Shown here piece by piece: positions 13,430 through 26,800 of a DNA stretch of 64,000 nt. The first letter of the stretch is position 1. The number at the start of each line of letters is the position of its first letter. The DNA lies in the NCBI GenBank assembly GCA_964016885.1, contig OZ024752.1, positions 15,872,001-15,936,000 of the forward strand, given 5' to 3'. The DNA is from Eledone cirrhosa (lineage: Eukaryota). The translations under genes were made by a program, and so were the position numbers. The notes below the pieces were generated by a model. That model saw nothing but the letters and a program-made list of their open reading frames with translations, was not told the origin of the DNA and made no database searches.

Positions 13430-14010
13430 AAAATTAATAATAAAACTCATGTTTGCTTTGGTTTTCGCTTCAATTATCTTTATATTTTTATAAATACAAA
13501 TATATCTTTATATTTTTATAAATACAAATATATCTTTATATTTTTATAAATACAAATATATCTTTATATTTTTATAAATACAAATATATCTTTATATTTT
13601 TATAAATAATTTAGCTAAATTATTTGTAAAAATATAAAGATATGCTGAACTGAAGCAGAAACCAAGGCAAATAGTGAGTGTGTTTTTATTATTTTTGGAC
13701 ATGTCACTCTCCAAATATAATAATATCTGTGTCAACACACGATTTCATATCAAGAACCTTACAAAACAAATACATCGCCGCCACGGTGCGAGAATTCGTT
13801 TTAAGAAAGGAAATTGGAAAACCAATTCTACACTATTATCTGGGATGTATGTAGCTGCTACTCCTCGTCAACAGGATGGCAACATTTCCACTGCATCAAC
13901 CATTCCACGGGACCCCTTACTCAAGACGTATATCCTCTCCAAATAATCTTTGACAGGGAAATATACCATATTAAATTCCCCTTGCCTATTATACATTTAA
14001 GTTTATATTA
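13430..14010 (+). mobile_element. Old PLE family-A-like pLTR/ORF-start remnant with an inverted partner and internal 27-bp tandem repeat
   Basis: MSLSKYNNICVNTRFHIKNLTKQI matches the PLE N-terminus. 13430-13495 is a degenerate inverse of 13620-13695. Confidence 0.6.
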
Positions 14011-14081
14011 ATATATATACATTTATACATTTAAGTTTATATTAATATATCTACATTTAAGTTTACATTAAATTTATATTA

Positions 14082-14370
14082 AGGAGCATGGCCTTAAGAT
14101 AACTGTTTTGGACTTACGATTGTAGTGCCATGTGTTCGATACTTAGACTGGGTTGTGTGTTGTCTTCTTGAGCAAAACACTTCATTTCACGTTGCTCCAG
14201 TATACTCAATTGAAAATGAGTACCAGCAATAACCTGAAGGTTTAACGCTGTGATGGACTTACGTCCAATCCAGAGGAGGGGAGTTTTTTACTCTCAGTCA
14301 ATTAATGCCATAGAAACCGAGATAAACACTGTTCTGATGAGACTCCAGATTCGAGACGGTAGAGACTTTT
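14082..14370 (+). mobile_element. tRNA-derived CORE-like SINE
   Basis: GTTCGAT B-box, then GTCTTCTTGAGCAAAACACTT. Relatives at 15890-16145 (-) and 27178-27510 (+). Confidence 0.7.
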
Positions 14371-14634
14371 AGAATTTAAATTAAACCTGCTTAAAATCAA
14401 AGAGGAGTTGAGGCAGATACTTTTTTAAAAAAACACCACAACTTTGGTATTCAGATGAAAGGCTTCATATATGAGACATGTCTTACACAGGCTAATCAGA
14501 AGATATGTTAGGTTAATAAAGATATGCAGTGGTAGGAACGGTTTAGAACGAAAACATAACAGGTGTCTATATTATGCCCATGTAGATAGGATAGACAAAT
14601 ACGTTCGCATCGAATTCGTTCTCAAAGTAGATTA

Positions 14635-14978
14635 CAGTGTACCCCTGGCATTCGTGGTTCCGGCAGTCACGGCCTCGGTTATTCGCGGGGTCTTCCTTAG
14701 AACCCAACTAATTACTTGTTCGTGGAAACCACCGCATATTCGGGGAATCATAAATATCTTCCGCGGTTTTTTATGGCTTTTGTCGTAGCAATATGTATTC
14801 TTTTTCACACCTTTTAACGCTAAATTGTTAATAACAATATATCGTATTTGCCGACCTATATTTTACGTTATGTTTTGACGTATATAGGCATTTTTGTGGA
14901 CCATGTCCAATATTCGCGGTTGTTCATTCTTCGCGGGTGCTCTAGGAACGTAACCCCCGCGAATACTGGAGGAAACTG
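14635..14978. mobile_element. pogo/Tigger-like MITE
   Basis: TA|CAGT...ACTG|TA ends, degenerate TIRs, internal TTCGCGG repeats. Confidence 0.65.
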
Positions 14979-15889
14979 TATTAATTTTGAGTGAAAACCT
15001 ACTGCAAAATCTGTAATAATTTGTATCTGATACATGTATCACTTACCGCATTAATAACTCTGAAAAGATCATATTTCACGAAGTTAGTAAAGTTTAAGAT
15101 ACGGATTTCCTATTTTTATATTTACTATTAGCTCAGAATTCTTGAGTAGATATTAATTGATGTATTTAAGCCGATTAACGGCTAAGCGGATTACACCGGT
15201 TCTCGGTTTGGATGTCATCAGACAAATCAATATACGAATTCGCATACACCGATGATATGGAATTTTATTCCTTGTTATATACATAGTATTACGAATAAAA
15301 ATATCGTTATACAAAGATGGAAATATGTAAAAGAAAGATGAAAGTAAAATTAAGTAATGGGAACAGGGGGAGGGATAAAACAGGGCTGTATGGGAAAGTA
15401 GAGGGAAGAACTATAAATGAGAGGAAAATAGAGGAAAAAGCAAAGACTCTTGGGCTACAGAAGAAAGGGGTGAGGAAGGGGAAGGGGCGATGGGTTTTGG
15501 GCCTAGGGGCGGAGTGGTGTTCGGATGCGCCCCTCGGACAATACTGTAAAGGCACTTTCGCTAACAATTACCAGCGACACCCGTTGCAACGGCCACTCCA
15601 CCTATTGTTGTATTGATGATGATAGTAACAAAGGAGTGACTGTAAATCGTTTACGAAGACCAGTTCTTTTCATTTGTTTTTCTTCTTTTGTCAATCTTCG
15701 CTGATTTCGGTATGAAATTAAGACATGATAGACTTCTTAAACAATTCTATAAACCTGTCTTAATTAACATCATGAAGCTGAAATCTCTGAAGAGGTATGT
15801 ATGACGAAGCTGTATATAGTTTGTTTTGAATATTGTGGGAGATGACTATGTCGAGGTTCTTATGTAGACCTACAATGTTTCCAACCTGA

Positions 15890-16145
15890 AGTCTCATCAG
15901 GCCGCTACTTATCCCGGTTTCATGGCGTGAAGCGACTGAGAGTACAAGACTTCCCATGGAGAAGACGCCAGTTCGTTGCAGGGTTAAACACCCAGTTATT
16001 GCTGGTAATCATTTTCAGCTGAGTATACTGGAGAAACGTGAAATGAAATCTTTTACTCAAGATCACAACACACAACCCAGTCAAAGAACCGAACTCATGA
16101 CATTATGGTTATAGGTCCAACACACTTACCACTAATATTTGCGTG
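15890..16145 (-). mobile_element. tRNA-derived CORE-like SINE
   Basis: Reverse-complement similarity to 14082-14370. Confidence 0.65.
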
Positions 16146-16386
16146 CTTCTCTTATAAATCTAAATGTACATCTTTACCAGCTCACTTAACTCTCACCCAT
16201 TCACTCGATCAATAATTAATCATTATATTGTTTTTCTTATATCCAGTCACCTTTAAATACGACAGATTTTCTTCACTGTGTTATTATGTTTATATCTTCT
16301 TTACTGAACGTGATGAATGTATTAGCAAATTCTAACTCTTGTAACAATTGGAGGGTTCCAGTTGGTCAATCAAAGTCAATATTATC

Positions 16387-16924
16387 AAACTGCTTAGATA
16401 TTTACAAGGTTTATTCCTTATATTGTTAAACCGCTTAGATGTTTACAAGGTTTATTCCTTATATTTTTAAACCGCTTAGATATTTACAAGGTGTATTCCT
16501 TATATTGTTAAACCGCTTAGATATTTACAAGGTTTATTCCTTATATGTTTAAACCGCTTAGATATTTACAAGTTTCATTCCTTATATTGTTAAATCGCTT
16601 AGATATGTACAAGGTTTATTCCTTATATTGTTAAACCGCTTAGATATTTACAACGTTTATTCCTTATATTGTTAAACCGCTTAGATATGTACAAGGTTTA
16701 TTCCTTATATTGTTAAACCACTTAGATATTTACAAGGTTTATTCCTTATATTGTTAAACCACTTAGATATTTGCAAGGTTTATTCCTTATAATGTTAAAC
16801 CACTTAGATATGTACAAGGTTTATTCCTTATATTGTTAAACCGCTTAGATATTTACAAGGTTTATTCCTTATATTGTTAAAACGCTTAGATATTTACAAG
16901 GTTTATTCCTTATATTGTTAAACC
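16387..16924. repeat. 41-bp minisatellite, ~13 copies
   Basis: Unit AAACCGCTTAGATATTTACAAGGTTTATTCCTTATATTGTT, head-to-tail, no spacers. Confidence 0.92.
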
Positions 16925-16986
16925 AATCTGTGACAAATGTGTTGTAGTCTCATTATATAAGACATCTCATTGTTTTATTTTACATT

Positions 16987-17430
16987 TCTTCTTCTTCTTC
17001 TTCTTCTTCTTCTTCTTCTTCTTCTTCTTCTTCTTCTTCTTCTTCTACACCTGGGTCTCCTGACGGTTGGTTTTGCCCGTAAAATCTGCCCAACGATTAT
17101 TTCCTGAAACATTCTAACCACATGCCCATAGTATCGGAGCTGTGATCTCTCAATTAAGAGAAGTAACGGTCTACCTGGAGTGTCTCTCTGTTTTCCGAGC
17201 AGCAGAGACAGTAAAGACGTTCAAAATTAAGACATGGGTGTACTTTGGGGTTAAGCTGGAATGCGACTTCAGATCAGCAAATAAAGTGTTTTGGCAGACC
17301 ATCAGCTGACTTCGCAATAAGAAGCCGTCCTCCACACCTGCTATTAAAAACGCGTCTGAAGGTCCCCTCTCTTCAGAGAGGTGCATACCCTTGAGGCGGA
17401 GAGAATACGTTGCTCATCTCCAAAACCCTA
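16987..17430. mobile_element. RTE LINE remnant: minus-strand 3' part with (AAG)n tail joined to a plus-strand internal fragment
   Basis: 17050-17200 matches 46440-46490. 17200-17430 reads ..DFRSANKVFWQTI..RRREY, an RTE linker-like sequence. Confidence 0.55.
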
Positions 17431-18424
17431 TTTTACATTTAATGGCTGCTAAAAATGTTGCTCCCTATGCCTGCTTCCACTTTCATTGGGTGTATCAATA
17501 AACATTTATCATCTTCTAGGAGAGTAGATTTATTATTTATTTTTCTGTTCTACGTATGACTGTCGCCTAGATAGACATTTTGTTCTGCCATCTCTATGTT
17601 GCTAGAGCAATTGCGTCTCTGTTTTCTTTACCTCTACATATGTTTGGGTTTGTATTTTTATATTATTAGAATTTTTATTATGATGTAATCATAGCCACAG
17701 TGATAGCAGCACCCTGTTTTTATTGAAGAGAGGAGTAGTATGAGATAGTCAATCTGATGCCTGTCTTTACGTCTTGTGACAGAATCGCAGAAATTTATAT
17801 ATAGGTATGTGTTATTGTTTATGTATTTTGTTGGTTGTCTGTAGCACAAATGCGTTAGCTTTATATTTTTTCGGATTTTCGTAGTGATTTCTGTGATATC
17901 TTCTAGAATATGTTTCCATATATATTTACGTCATACGTTTTTATTAAGGCAATGACCTTACAGAATATTAGCATGCTTCATGTACATGAAGGCTTTATAG
18001 CATTATGTACGTTTCTTATCAACAGATCTCAACTGAGAAATGAGATGTAAATATTCAGTTACTTATAGAAGAATATAGAAGACTATGTGTACTAAGTGGC
18101 AAGAGTGACTTATTTATGAGACTATTTGAAATTGATATATAATATCGATGAACTGTGCATAATAAAATAATATTTGGCTGTAAAAGATTTTCTATCTCAC
18201 TGCGAAACTACCAATCTATCAATAGGGAATGCCTTTTCAGAAATTCTTCTTTCTGTTCACAAAGAAGATTGATGGTTTTGCTTTCGTAGATTTTTTCCAG
18301 ATCAAGATAATAGGAGTATAGGACATATTGAGAATGTCCAGGGTCACTGGGACCTAAGGGAGCGATGAGGATAGAGGTGATGTAATAGTATATTATTATC
18401 AAATATTACATATTATATATAAAT

Positions 18425-19241
18425 ACAAGCTGAAATACCCGGCGTTACCCGGGTTACTGCTGTTCTTAGTAAAGAATAAATATGGAGATATATTTTTATT
18501 CTCATAATTATTTCAAAGTATCTACATTTAATTTTTTTTAAATATCAAAATTGTAATGATTGACAGATTTTCATTTGTAAATTCTATAATCTTGAATCAC
18601 CTCAGATAAGCAATATTATGTTATTTTTACTTGGTGTCCAAAGGAATAACTTGTTGCTATTTCCATCTCGTGAGCAACCAACAAAGAGTTGACCATGGGA
18701 GAAACATATAGTAGAGAGATCAAGTCCAACTACCTTGAGGGATTGACCCTGAGATTTGTTAATTGAAATAACAAAACTTAGTTTGACTTGTAACTGAAGC
18801 CTCTTAAATTTAAAATTACATACACTCACACACATATACTTGTCAGTCAATCACATATGTATACATATGTCTATGTGTGTGTGTGTTTTAAATTCTCTGT
18901 GTATCTGATTAAATATTTACGTGATGTATGTGGCAGATGTATGTGGAAGTAACTTACTAAGGCTTAACGTATTTAACGAATACGCAAGACCTCACACGCA
19001 CTCACAGACACATACACGCTCATATACAAAATGTGACGCCGTCGTCATCGTGTTATAAAATGTCGTTTACTTATAGTCTATAGTAGAATATTTTAGATGA
19101 AAATGTTATATTGCTTCAATCCAAATGAAGATAAAAAGTACATGTTGTTAATCCAGAGGTCTAATACTATTTGATTTGGTCGAGCCGTTTGTGATGCATA
19201 ATGAAACACAGACAGACAAAGAATTTTATATAGAGAGAGAT
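18425..19241 (-). mobile_element. Non-autonomous Helitron with PIF1-like helicase remnant
   Basis: ORF 18602-18850 has SINKSQGQSL..FSHGQL..SR helicase motifs. 3' hairpin CCCGG-gtaacg-CCGGG followed by CTTG (degenerate CTAG). Confidence 0.8.
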
Positions 19242-19802
19242 AGTAAAATATAAAATATATATTTATTTATACATAGTATATATTGCATTATATATCATAT
19301 ATAAATTAACGATTTTATTTATTACAATTTGCGTGTAGATAGGTCTCTCTAGAAATAAGGGTGCGAGCGCTGAGGGTATTACATAGCAGTGAAAGGGGAG
19401 GTGGCCCAGACCGTTGGAGAACCTGTGCTACAGAAGAACGCATTTCCAGGTACAAGAAATATTATTGTTCAGGATATATTTTTAGGATATAAATAAAATA
19501 TTTGACCTAACTGCTAACAAAGCGAGTTGTGAAGAAATGACAGTTCATCGTACAAATATCTCAGGATAAAGGGACAATTATCTCAGGATAAAGTCTATAA
19601 ACGAAGTCATGTATCACGGGCAAGAAAAAGCAAATCAGCTCAGCTGGCAAAAATTAGTTTTACATGTAATACTAAGCTACGTACTTGTCACATATTTTGT
19701 ATTGCTGAATGTCGCTGGGTACTATGATAAGTGTAAATGTGTCTGTGGGGTGCTTAGCATGGTATATGTTTGAAGTACTATAGGTTGAGAAATATATATA
19801 TA

Positions 19803-20105
19803 TTTATTAAAATAATAGATTAAAGTTTAAGCAAACAATCGCTGCTTTCATCCTTAACGGGATCTAATGAAACTAAAAAAAATCAATCTGTGAACGCAGA
19901 AGTAAATATTTCGAAAAACGTTGCAACCGAAGGAAGACAGGAAGACGATACTTTGGTTCATGGAGACGTTCCCTGGCAAAGAACGGAAAAAAATGAAGAT
20001 AATACTTATTATAATAATTATTTGGAGCGGTGAGAGCACGCAAAGACAAAACCACGTTTATGGTATAAATGAAGTCGTAGACTAATATTCTATTAGGTGG
20101 TTCGT

Positions 20106-20108
<3 letters not shown>
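19803..20108 (-). repeat. TA-flanked interspersed non-coding repeat
   Basis: 19803-19920 is the reverse complement of 47545-47663; the same end occurs at 28632-28684. Confidence 0.65.
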
Positions 20109-20161
<53 letters not shown>

Positions 20162-20249
20162 TCTCTTCCTGCTATATTAAGCGTTAACCTAATATATACC
20201 TTCCGTATACTGTACCGATTGTGTTGTTATTTCTGTTTACCTTTTACAT

Positions 20250-20306
<57 letters not shown>

Positions 20307-20428
20307 CGGCTTTCGTGGGTATCTAATAGTCTGGTCGTCAGCCAATACGTGTTAAATCTCAAGTCCAGATACCTAAAAGGATGAAATAAATAATTATTTT
20401 ATTTTATATAAAGTATATAGACCACATA

Positions 20429-20766
20429 CGAGAGATGGCTCAAAGGTTTATAGACTGACCAAGATATTCTCAAGGAATGACCGAATGAGCTTTATTTTTC
20501 AATATAGTCCTTAGAAAGAAACAATGCAATTATTATAAGAAGAATTGAAATTAATGCCTGCAATATTTCTCAGCTCTAGCATCACTCCTTCATAGACTGA
20601 CAAAGACATTCTCATGGAATAACCAAATGAGGTTATTTTTCAATATACTTCTTAGAAAGAAACAACGCAGTTATTAATTAGAAGAGTTGAAATTAATGCC
20701 TGCAAAATCTCACAGCACTAGCATCACTCCTTTATAGTCAGCCTATGAACTTTTCAGCCGACCTCG
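20429..20766. mobile_element. mariner-type MITE with internal ~142-bp tandem duplication
   Basis: TA|CGAG..GGCT..ATAGACTGAC and GTCAGCCTATGAACTTTTCAGCCGACCTCG|TA. 20450-20591 is repeated at 20592-20735. Confidence 0.75.
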
Positions 20767-23266
20767 TATGTACTTTATCTAATAATTTATGAAATGCACA
20801 GAGCTAAATATTAAGTATATCTTTTCTATAAGAATATGATCATCGCCATTATATATACCATATGGTTCCGGAAAATACCAACCGAGCTTTTTAACACATA
20901 ATGACCATAAGAATAAATTGTTGTAAGGTTTTATCAGGCATCCTGTCAGTTTCTATATCCATTACATGCTGCTGAAGGGAAACACGTCTATCGAGTAGTC
21001 ATATACACTTGATATGTATTAGAATGAAAACATGAATATATTGTTTCTTTTAATATGTGTTTTTTTTAGCAACGCATTAATATATTATTTGTTTTATCTC
21101 CGTGTAACCGATGCTTTACAAAATACTTTGACAAGCAAAAGATTACAATAACAAGTATATACAAACTATCAGTAGTAGCCACGAGAACCGTCCATTAAGG
21201 GCTGGCAAATAAAATCAATCATCTGTATTAGATATACATGGCCTGGGAGCTGATATGGAACTCAAGCAAATTGACATTATCCGGAATGGTTTGAAGAGTT
21301 GGGAGTAAAAATCAGTATCAGTACTATCATAAATTAATAACCGAACCCCACTGATTGTTTAAACAATCAAAATTATGTATGATCCGATTTGATAAATATG
21401 ATAAACTGTTGTCTACAACCCGCATGATCAGCAAGTGTATGGCTCCATCTAGACTAGATGTTGATAGTAGATTGTCAATATATTTAAGTCTCTGAAACTG
21501 GCGCCTTACATTACCAGCCGTTATTCTTCTCAGCTGTAACAAATTATAAATGCATACTAAGATCTGTGTTTGTTACATCATTTACTGGCAATCCTCCTGT
21601 TGTTTCTCTTTTATTTCCACCGTAGAAATATGAACTGAATAAAGCTTAACATTAAAATATATAAAAGCGTCTATTTGCTTAAAGTGTCTATTTGCATAAA
21701 AGCATGTAATTTTCATATATGCAATAATTTTCTTTTATATAATTCGTCTAAAATTGGCCTATTACTAATATATTGCAACAGTGATTATATTTGACATTTA
21801 AAAGGATATAAGTTGTCAATTACTCTTCATATATAATGTTCCTTATAATTATATTAACATTTGCTATAATATCAGGATTATAGTCATCCATAAGGAGACT
21901 CCGATAAGTTAGGATGATCTGGATATTCACCCCATCTTCTGGGATGGCGTATGTGCTATGTGTCAACCGGGACAATGAAATATTTGCATGACACACTGCG
22001 ATGTTCGTTGCTGGTTAGGAGTTGATGCGCTCGTTCAATTAATAATTACGTGTACAAAATATTCAATAGATAAAGGTGAACGATGCACTGACACCTGATA
22101 TAAGCAAATACAATCTATGCAGTGTAGAAATACCTAAACAGAGAATGATCTGGTGTCGAACGTGCAAAAGTCACTCTTGCAAAATGGAAATATTTAAAGG
22201 ATGGGGATGTGCGTGACTGCAGAATCGAACCACATACTACGCAGCACCTACTGATATGACCCCTGTTCGAATACATCTGTACAACATTGTACATGGCAGA
22301 GTTTCATGAGAAAGGACAGCAATGTTGTCAACTGTGCGGAACTACATCTAGCCAAGCTTTCTTGGTTAGATGTAGTTCCGCCATTGTGGACACGACAAGA
22401 AGAATAACTAAACCTTTATAGAGTAATAGTTTTGCATATTATTTTCTATCGTCTTATGATATTTATCACCGGATTAGCCGCATATCAAAAAACAAATTCA
22501 GTTTTCAATATAATAACCATGACACTATGTCAATCTCCCCGTGATTTGATGTTTCGCTGTTGGAATTTTACGTATTCAGTATAGAATTAACTATATGACA
22601 ATGAATCATCGGCGACTAATCTAAACACATTTCTGCGATTCTGTCACCACACGTAAAGAGAGAGAAGTAGTATGACTACCTCATGCTACTCCTCTTTCTT
22701 TACGTCTGCTGCCTGCGTGAATATGTGTGTGTAAAGGGAAGGAAGGGGATGGTGAAAAACCTATGCTATGTGTGAGTGTATGTGTATGTGTGCGTTTGTG
22801 TGTGAATGTATTTTTATAAGTGAGTATTTTTATAAGTGTGTCAGTGTCTGCGTGGTTATATTTATATACTCATACATATAAATGTATACATATGCATATA
22901 TACACACGCACACACATATACACATGTGCAGCAGCGTATGGAAACAATTTCTAGTACATCAGATTGTCCATATGATTTCTGTTGTCATATCATCTTACAC
23001 ATATATTTCTTTTATTCATTGAATGACATTTTATAATACGGAAAGATAATGACTAAAAGTATGGACATCGCTTTCTATAAAATACGCTATTGAAAAGGTT
23101 CTACATCACATACAATAGTTATATGTCAAAGAGGTGATGACATATGCTCCCAGGTGGCCACATTAATGGTGAACAACACGCCATTTCAATCAAACCATAC
23201 AAACCATTTCACATAACCAACGGACTCATCTGTCGAGGTAATTGCTGCACAATGAATGATACAGAA

Positions 23267-23810
23267 ATCATCATCATCATTTTACGTCCGCTTTTCCCGC
23301 TTGCAAGGGTGGGACGGGTCCTTTTCAGCACAGCCTCTCTCTCTATTCCCCACGGTCCTTCGTCATCTCCTCTGTGAGCTTCAGCAATCTGAAGTCCGTT
23401 TTCACTACCTGCGCCCATGTTTTTCGTGGTCTTCCTCTACTGCATCTTCCTTCCACTGGGATTTCTTGGCACTTCTTTACCCAACGGTCATCCATGCGCA
23501 TTACATGTCCATACCATCACAGTCTCCTCTCCCGCACACTACAATTTATCCCTCTCAGAAAGTTCCTCTCTCAACATATCCATGCTCGGTCGTTCATGCA
23601 CATTGAGATTGCATATCCACCGGAGGATACTTGCTTCATTTCTCTCCAGCCGTCGCATTTTTTCCACAGTTGCTGCCCATGTCTCACTACCATGCGCAGC
23701 ATTGTGGATCTCACACAGGCATCATATAACCGAGCTCTAGTTCGTAGGGAGAAACCCTTCCTTGTCAACAGAGGAAGCAGCTCCCTAAACTTTTCTCATC
23801 CTGTCCTTAA
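23267..23810 (-). mobile_element. RTE LINE 3' fragment with (ATG)n tail
   Basis: RTRARLYDACVRSTML..RRLERNEASILRW in shifted frames. Confidence 0.7.
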
Positions 23811-24223
23811 AATGTTATTTTAATTTTACTTCAGCAAATTAGAAGGCAACGGGCTTAGTAGTATAGGGTGTTCAGCTCACGATCTTAAAAAGATGAATTT
23901 GATTCTGCAGGCTACTGTTAGTGCTACTGCTAGCTAATCATGCCAGTCACGTTTGTACAATATGCAAATGAGCATCACCAGTCGATGATTGATAGACAAA
24001 ATCCATATAGGAATCAGCTTATTCTAATTTCAGAAGCGAATTAGTAAATGTTAAGAAGATCCAGAAACAGGACTGTCAAGTATCCTCAGACTCAACTAAG
24101 ACAACTGTGTTATAACCACAGCTTAAAACATTAATATCAAGACACGTGTATCTTTATTATACATATATATATCATATAGGCACTCATATATAGTAGTATT
24201 ATGAATCATGCTTTGAGAGTAGT

Positions 24224-24256
<33 letters not shown>

Positions 24257-24321
24257 AAAATATCTATTAAAACAAACACACATAATGTGGATACATGTGC
24301 CTAGACAATACCTTACTCTTG

Positions 24322-24359
<38 letters not shown>

Positions 24360-24427
24360 CAAGGTTTAGCAAATAAGAAAAAGTTTCAAAATAAATTTTA
24401 AAAAATTAACTTTACTTACTATAGTTA

Positions 24428-24509
24428 CCTTTACCGAATCGGTTTCGAGTCTCAAAAATAAACGGAGTCCATACGGCATCCGTTGCAAAGAAAAACTCTC
24501 GCCAGAAGG
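24428..24509 (-). ncRNA. Type I hammerhead motif (A6G, possibly inactive)
   Basis: CCTT-CTGGCGA-GAGTTTT...GAGACTC-GAAA-CCG-att-CGG-TA-AAGG. Confidence 0.6.
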
Positions 24510-24939
24510 ATCTTTTCATTCGAAGAATATAAAATTCCCGAATTCAAATTACGAACTGGCGCTATTCAAAATTGTTCCCGAGATGAGAGAAAATGAAGTG
24601 GAATCAATTGTTTCAAGGGCCAGAGAGAGAGAGAGAGAGAAATTGCTTCAACAGGTCTAGAACAGTTTCATTGGTATGAAATTGTCGGAAATGTTGAGAT
24701 GATTTCGTACGAATGAGTTGGTGGAGTGGGGGAATTGACGTAATGCTAACGAAACTTTGGTATTTTCCTAATACCATCGTACTATTACTATATATTTATA
24801 TATATACATATATAACGAAGATGATGATGATGATATATATATATTCAATTACAGAAAGTTGGTTGATTGAAAATCTGCCGACACTTTCATAACAGGTGTC
24901 AAGCACTCAACGGTTTATATTTATTATTATTATATATAT

Positions 24940-25216
24940 ATATTGTTAAACTTGGGGAGGGTCATATTGTTGTCATAATATTGCCAGAAATAATTACAGA
25001 GCACATTCACTTTTTGGTTGGTTTTCGATTCTGTATATTTTATATCTCCATAGTTAACTTATTTGGCAGTCGACGTTTATCAAATAAAATTAAAATGGCG
25101 TAGACATACAATTCAACAGGAGGAAACATAATAGTACCACTGATGATGATGCAGATCGCAACGAAAGAACTTTGATAGGCTATATATATCAGCAGTATTC
25201 TTCTCCCCATTTTTTC

Positions 25217-25268
<52 letters not shown>

Positions 25269-25460
25269 CTATATTTTTAACCGTTGGTCAATCAATGATA
25301 AACGTTGATTGCAAAATAAATAAACTATGGAGATATAAAAGATACAGAAGAGAAAGCCAACGAAACAGTAATATTATTACAACAATATGACCCTCCCCAA
25401 GTATAACAATATTTGTATCGACAAACGATTTCATATCAAAAACGTTGCAAAACAAATATA
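24940..25460. mobile_element. PLE family-A pLTR remnant (+) with short inverted copy (-)
   Basis: Hammerhead core at 25140-25172, ATGACCCTCCCCAAG tail, (TA)n at both ends. Confidence 0.75.
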
Positions 25461-25635
25461 TACATATATATAGTATTAGTTATACTATTTATGGTTATGT
25501 AAACACAAAACCTTAAGCAGTTGTAAGTATTTTACACACACCCTAAATAGTGGTAGGCAGTAATGTATTACTACCTTATTACCAGTAAGTTAAGTAGCTC
25601 AATGTAAAAACATCAGATGATTTACAGAGCAGTTA

Positions 25636-25707
25636 TATGAAATATAAGAATCAAAGAACTGTTCAAAACATTATTATGTTTTGAACAGTTCTTTGATTCT
25701 TATATTT

Positions 25708-25711
<4 letters not shown>
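25636..25711. repeat. Perfect 36-bp-arm hairpin adjacent to (TA)n
   Basis: TATGAAATATAAGAATCAAAGAACTGTTCAAAACAT-tatt-reverse complement. Confidence 0.85.
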
Positions 25712-25739
<28 letters not shown>

Positions 25740-25743
<4 letters not shown>

Positions 25744-25919
25744 AACGAGTAGGACCCCGACGGCTGAGCTCAAGCCGTTACGACGGCTAATTCTGGACGT
25801 CGAACCGGCTTGAGCTCAGCCGTCGGGGTCCTACTCGTTCCTATTACCCACTCTACTACCCTAAGTATTGAGTACTTTGGTGCGTTATGGTCCACCTGGT
25901 CCCTTACCACATTTCCTTC

Positions 25920-25924
<5 letters not shown>
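25740..25924. mobile_element. TA-flanked short element with inverted 5' copy
   Basis: 25740-25777 inverts 25806-25843; family member at 7092-7228. Confidence 0.7.
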
Positions 25925-25957
<33 letters not shown>

Positions 25958-25964
<7 letters not shown>

Positions 25965-26310
25965 AAAAAGAGATGAAATCGAAAATGCAACTGGAGTCTT
26001 ATTTTTTTTTAAATATATATATTTATTTGGTTCCTTTACCGGTTTCGCAGTTCTTCTGCTTTTCAAAATGTGAGTTGAGATGGAGGGTCTGTGGTTTTTC
26101 TTATATCTGAGAAAAACCACAGACCCTCCATCTCAACTCACATTTTGAAAAGCAGAAGAACTGCGAAACCGGTAAAGGAACCAAATAAATATATATATTT
26201 TTTAAAAAAATAAGACTCCAGTTGCATTTTCGATTTCATCTCTTTTTCTTTATACTTTCACTCGTGTAGGACACCTCAGTTATTTTTCATTTTGTAAAAA
26301 AAAACCACAC

Positions 26311-26318
<8 letters not shown>
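25958..26318. mobile_element. TA-flanked fold-back element (~144-bp arms) with hammerhead variant in each arm
   Basis: 25958-26101 inverts 26110-26254; solo copy at 34205-34340. Confidence 0.8.
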
Positions 26319-26343
<25 letters not shown>

Positions 26344-26345
26344 AA

Positions 26346-26714
26346 GGAACGATCGACTTTCGTCAAATCGGACCGAGGGAACAATGTTTCCGTTGGTCTT
26401 TCCAATTGCTAATACTATCTATCGGTCGCAACTCCAGGTAGGAGCAACGTGAAATAAAGTGTCTTGCTCAAGGACATAACGCATCACCTGGTCCAGTGAA
26501 GGCGTGTGGCTGAGTGGTTAGAGAATTGGATTCGCAATCGTAAGGTTGTGAGTTCGATTCCTGGACCAGGCGATGCGTTATGTCCTTGAGCAAGACACTT
26601 TATTTCACGTTGCTCCTTCTACCTGGAGTTGCGACCGATAGATAGTATTAGCAATTGGAAAGACCAACGGAAACATTGTTCTCTCGGTCCGATTTGACGA
26701 AAGTCGATCGTTCC
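26346..26714 (+). mobile_element. tRNA/CORE-like SINE (26497-26714) with upstream inverted truncated copy (26346-26496)
   Basis: A-box TGGCTGAGTGG at 26507, B-box GTTCGATTCC at 26552, GTCCTTGAGCAAGACACTT. ~150-bp inverted arms; (TA)n on both sides. Confidence 0.85.

Positions 26715-26800
<86 letters not shown>

Noticed and set aside
16387-16924. Regular 41-bp repeat array resembling CRISPR
   Set aside because: Units are contiguous with no unique spacers, there are no cas genes, and the context is eukaryotic; it is a minisatellite.
26497-26570. tRNA gene
   Set aside because: A/B boxes continue into a SINE body shared with other copies; no convincing cloverleaf.
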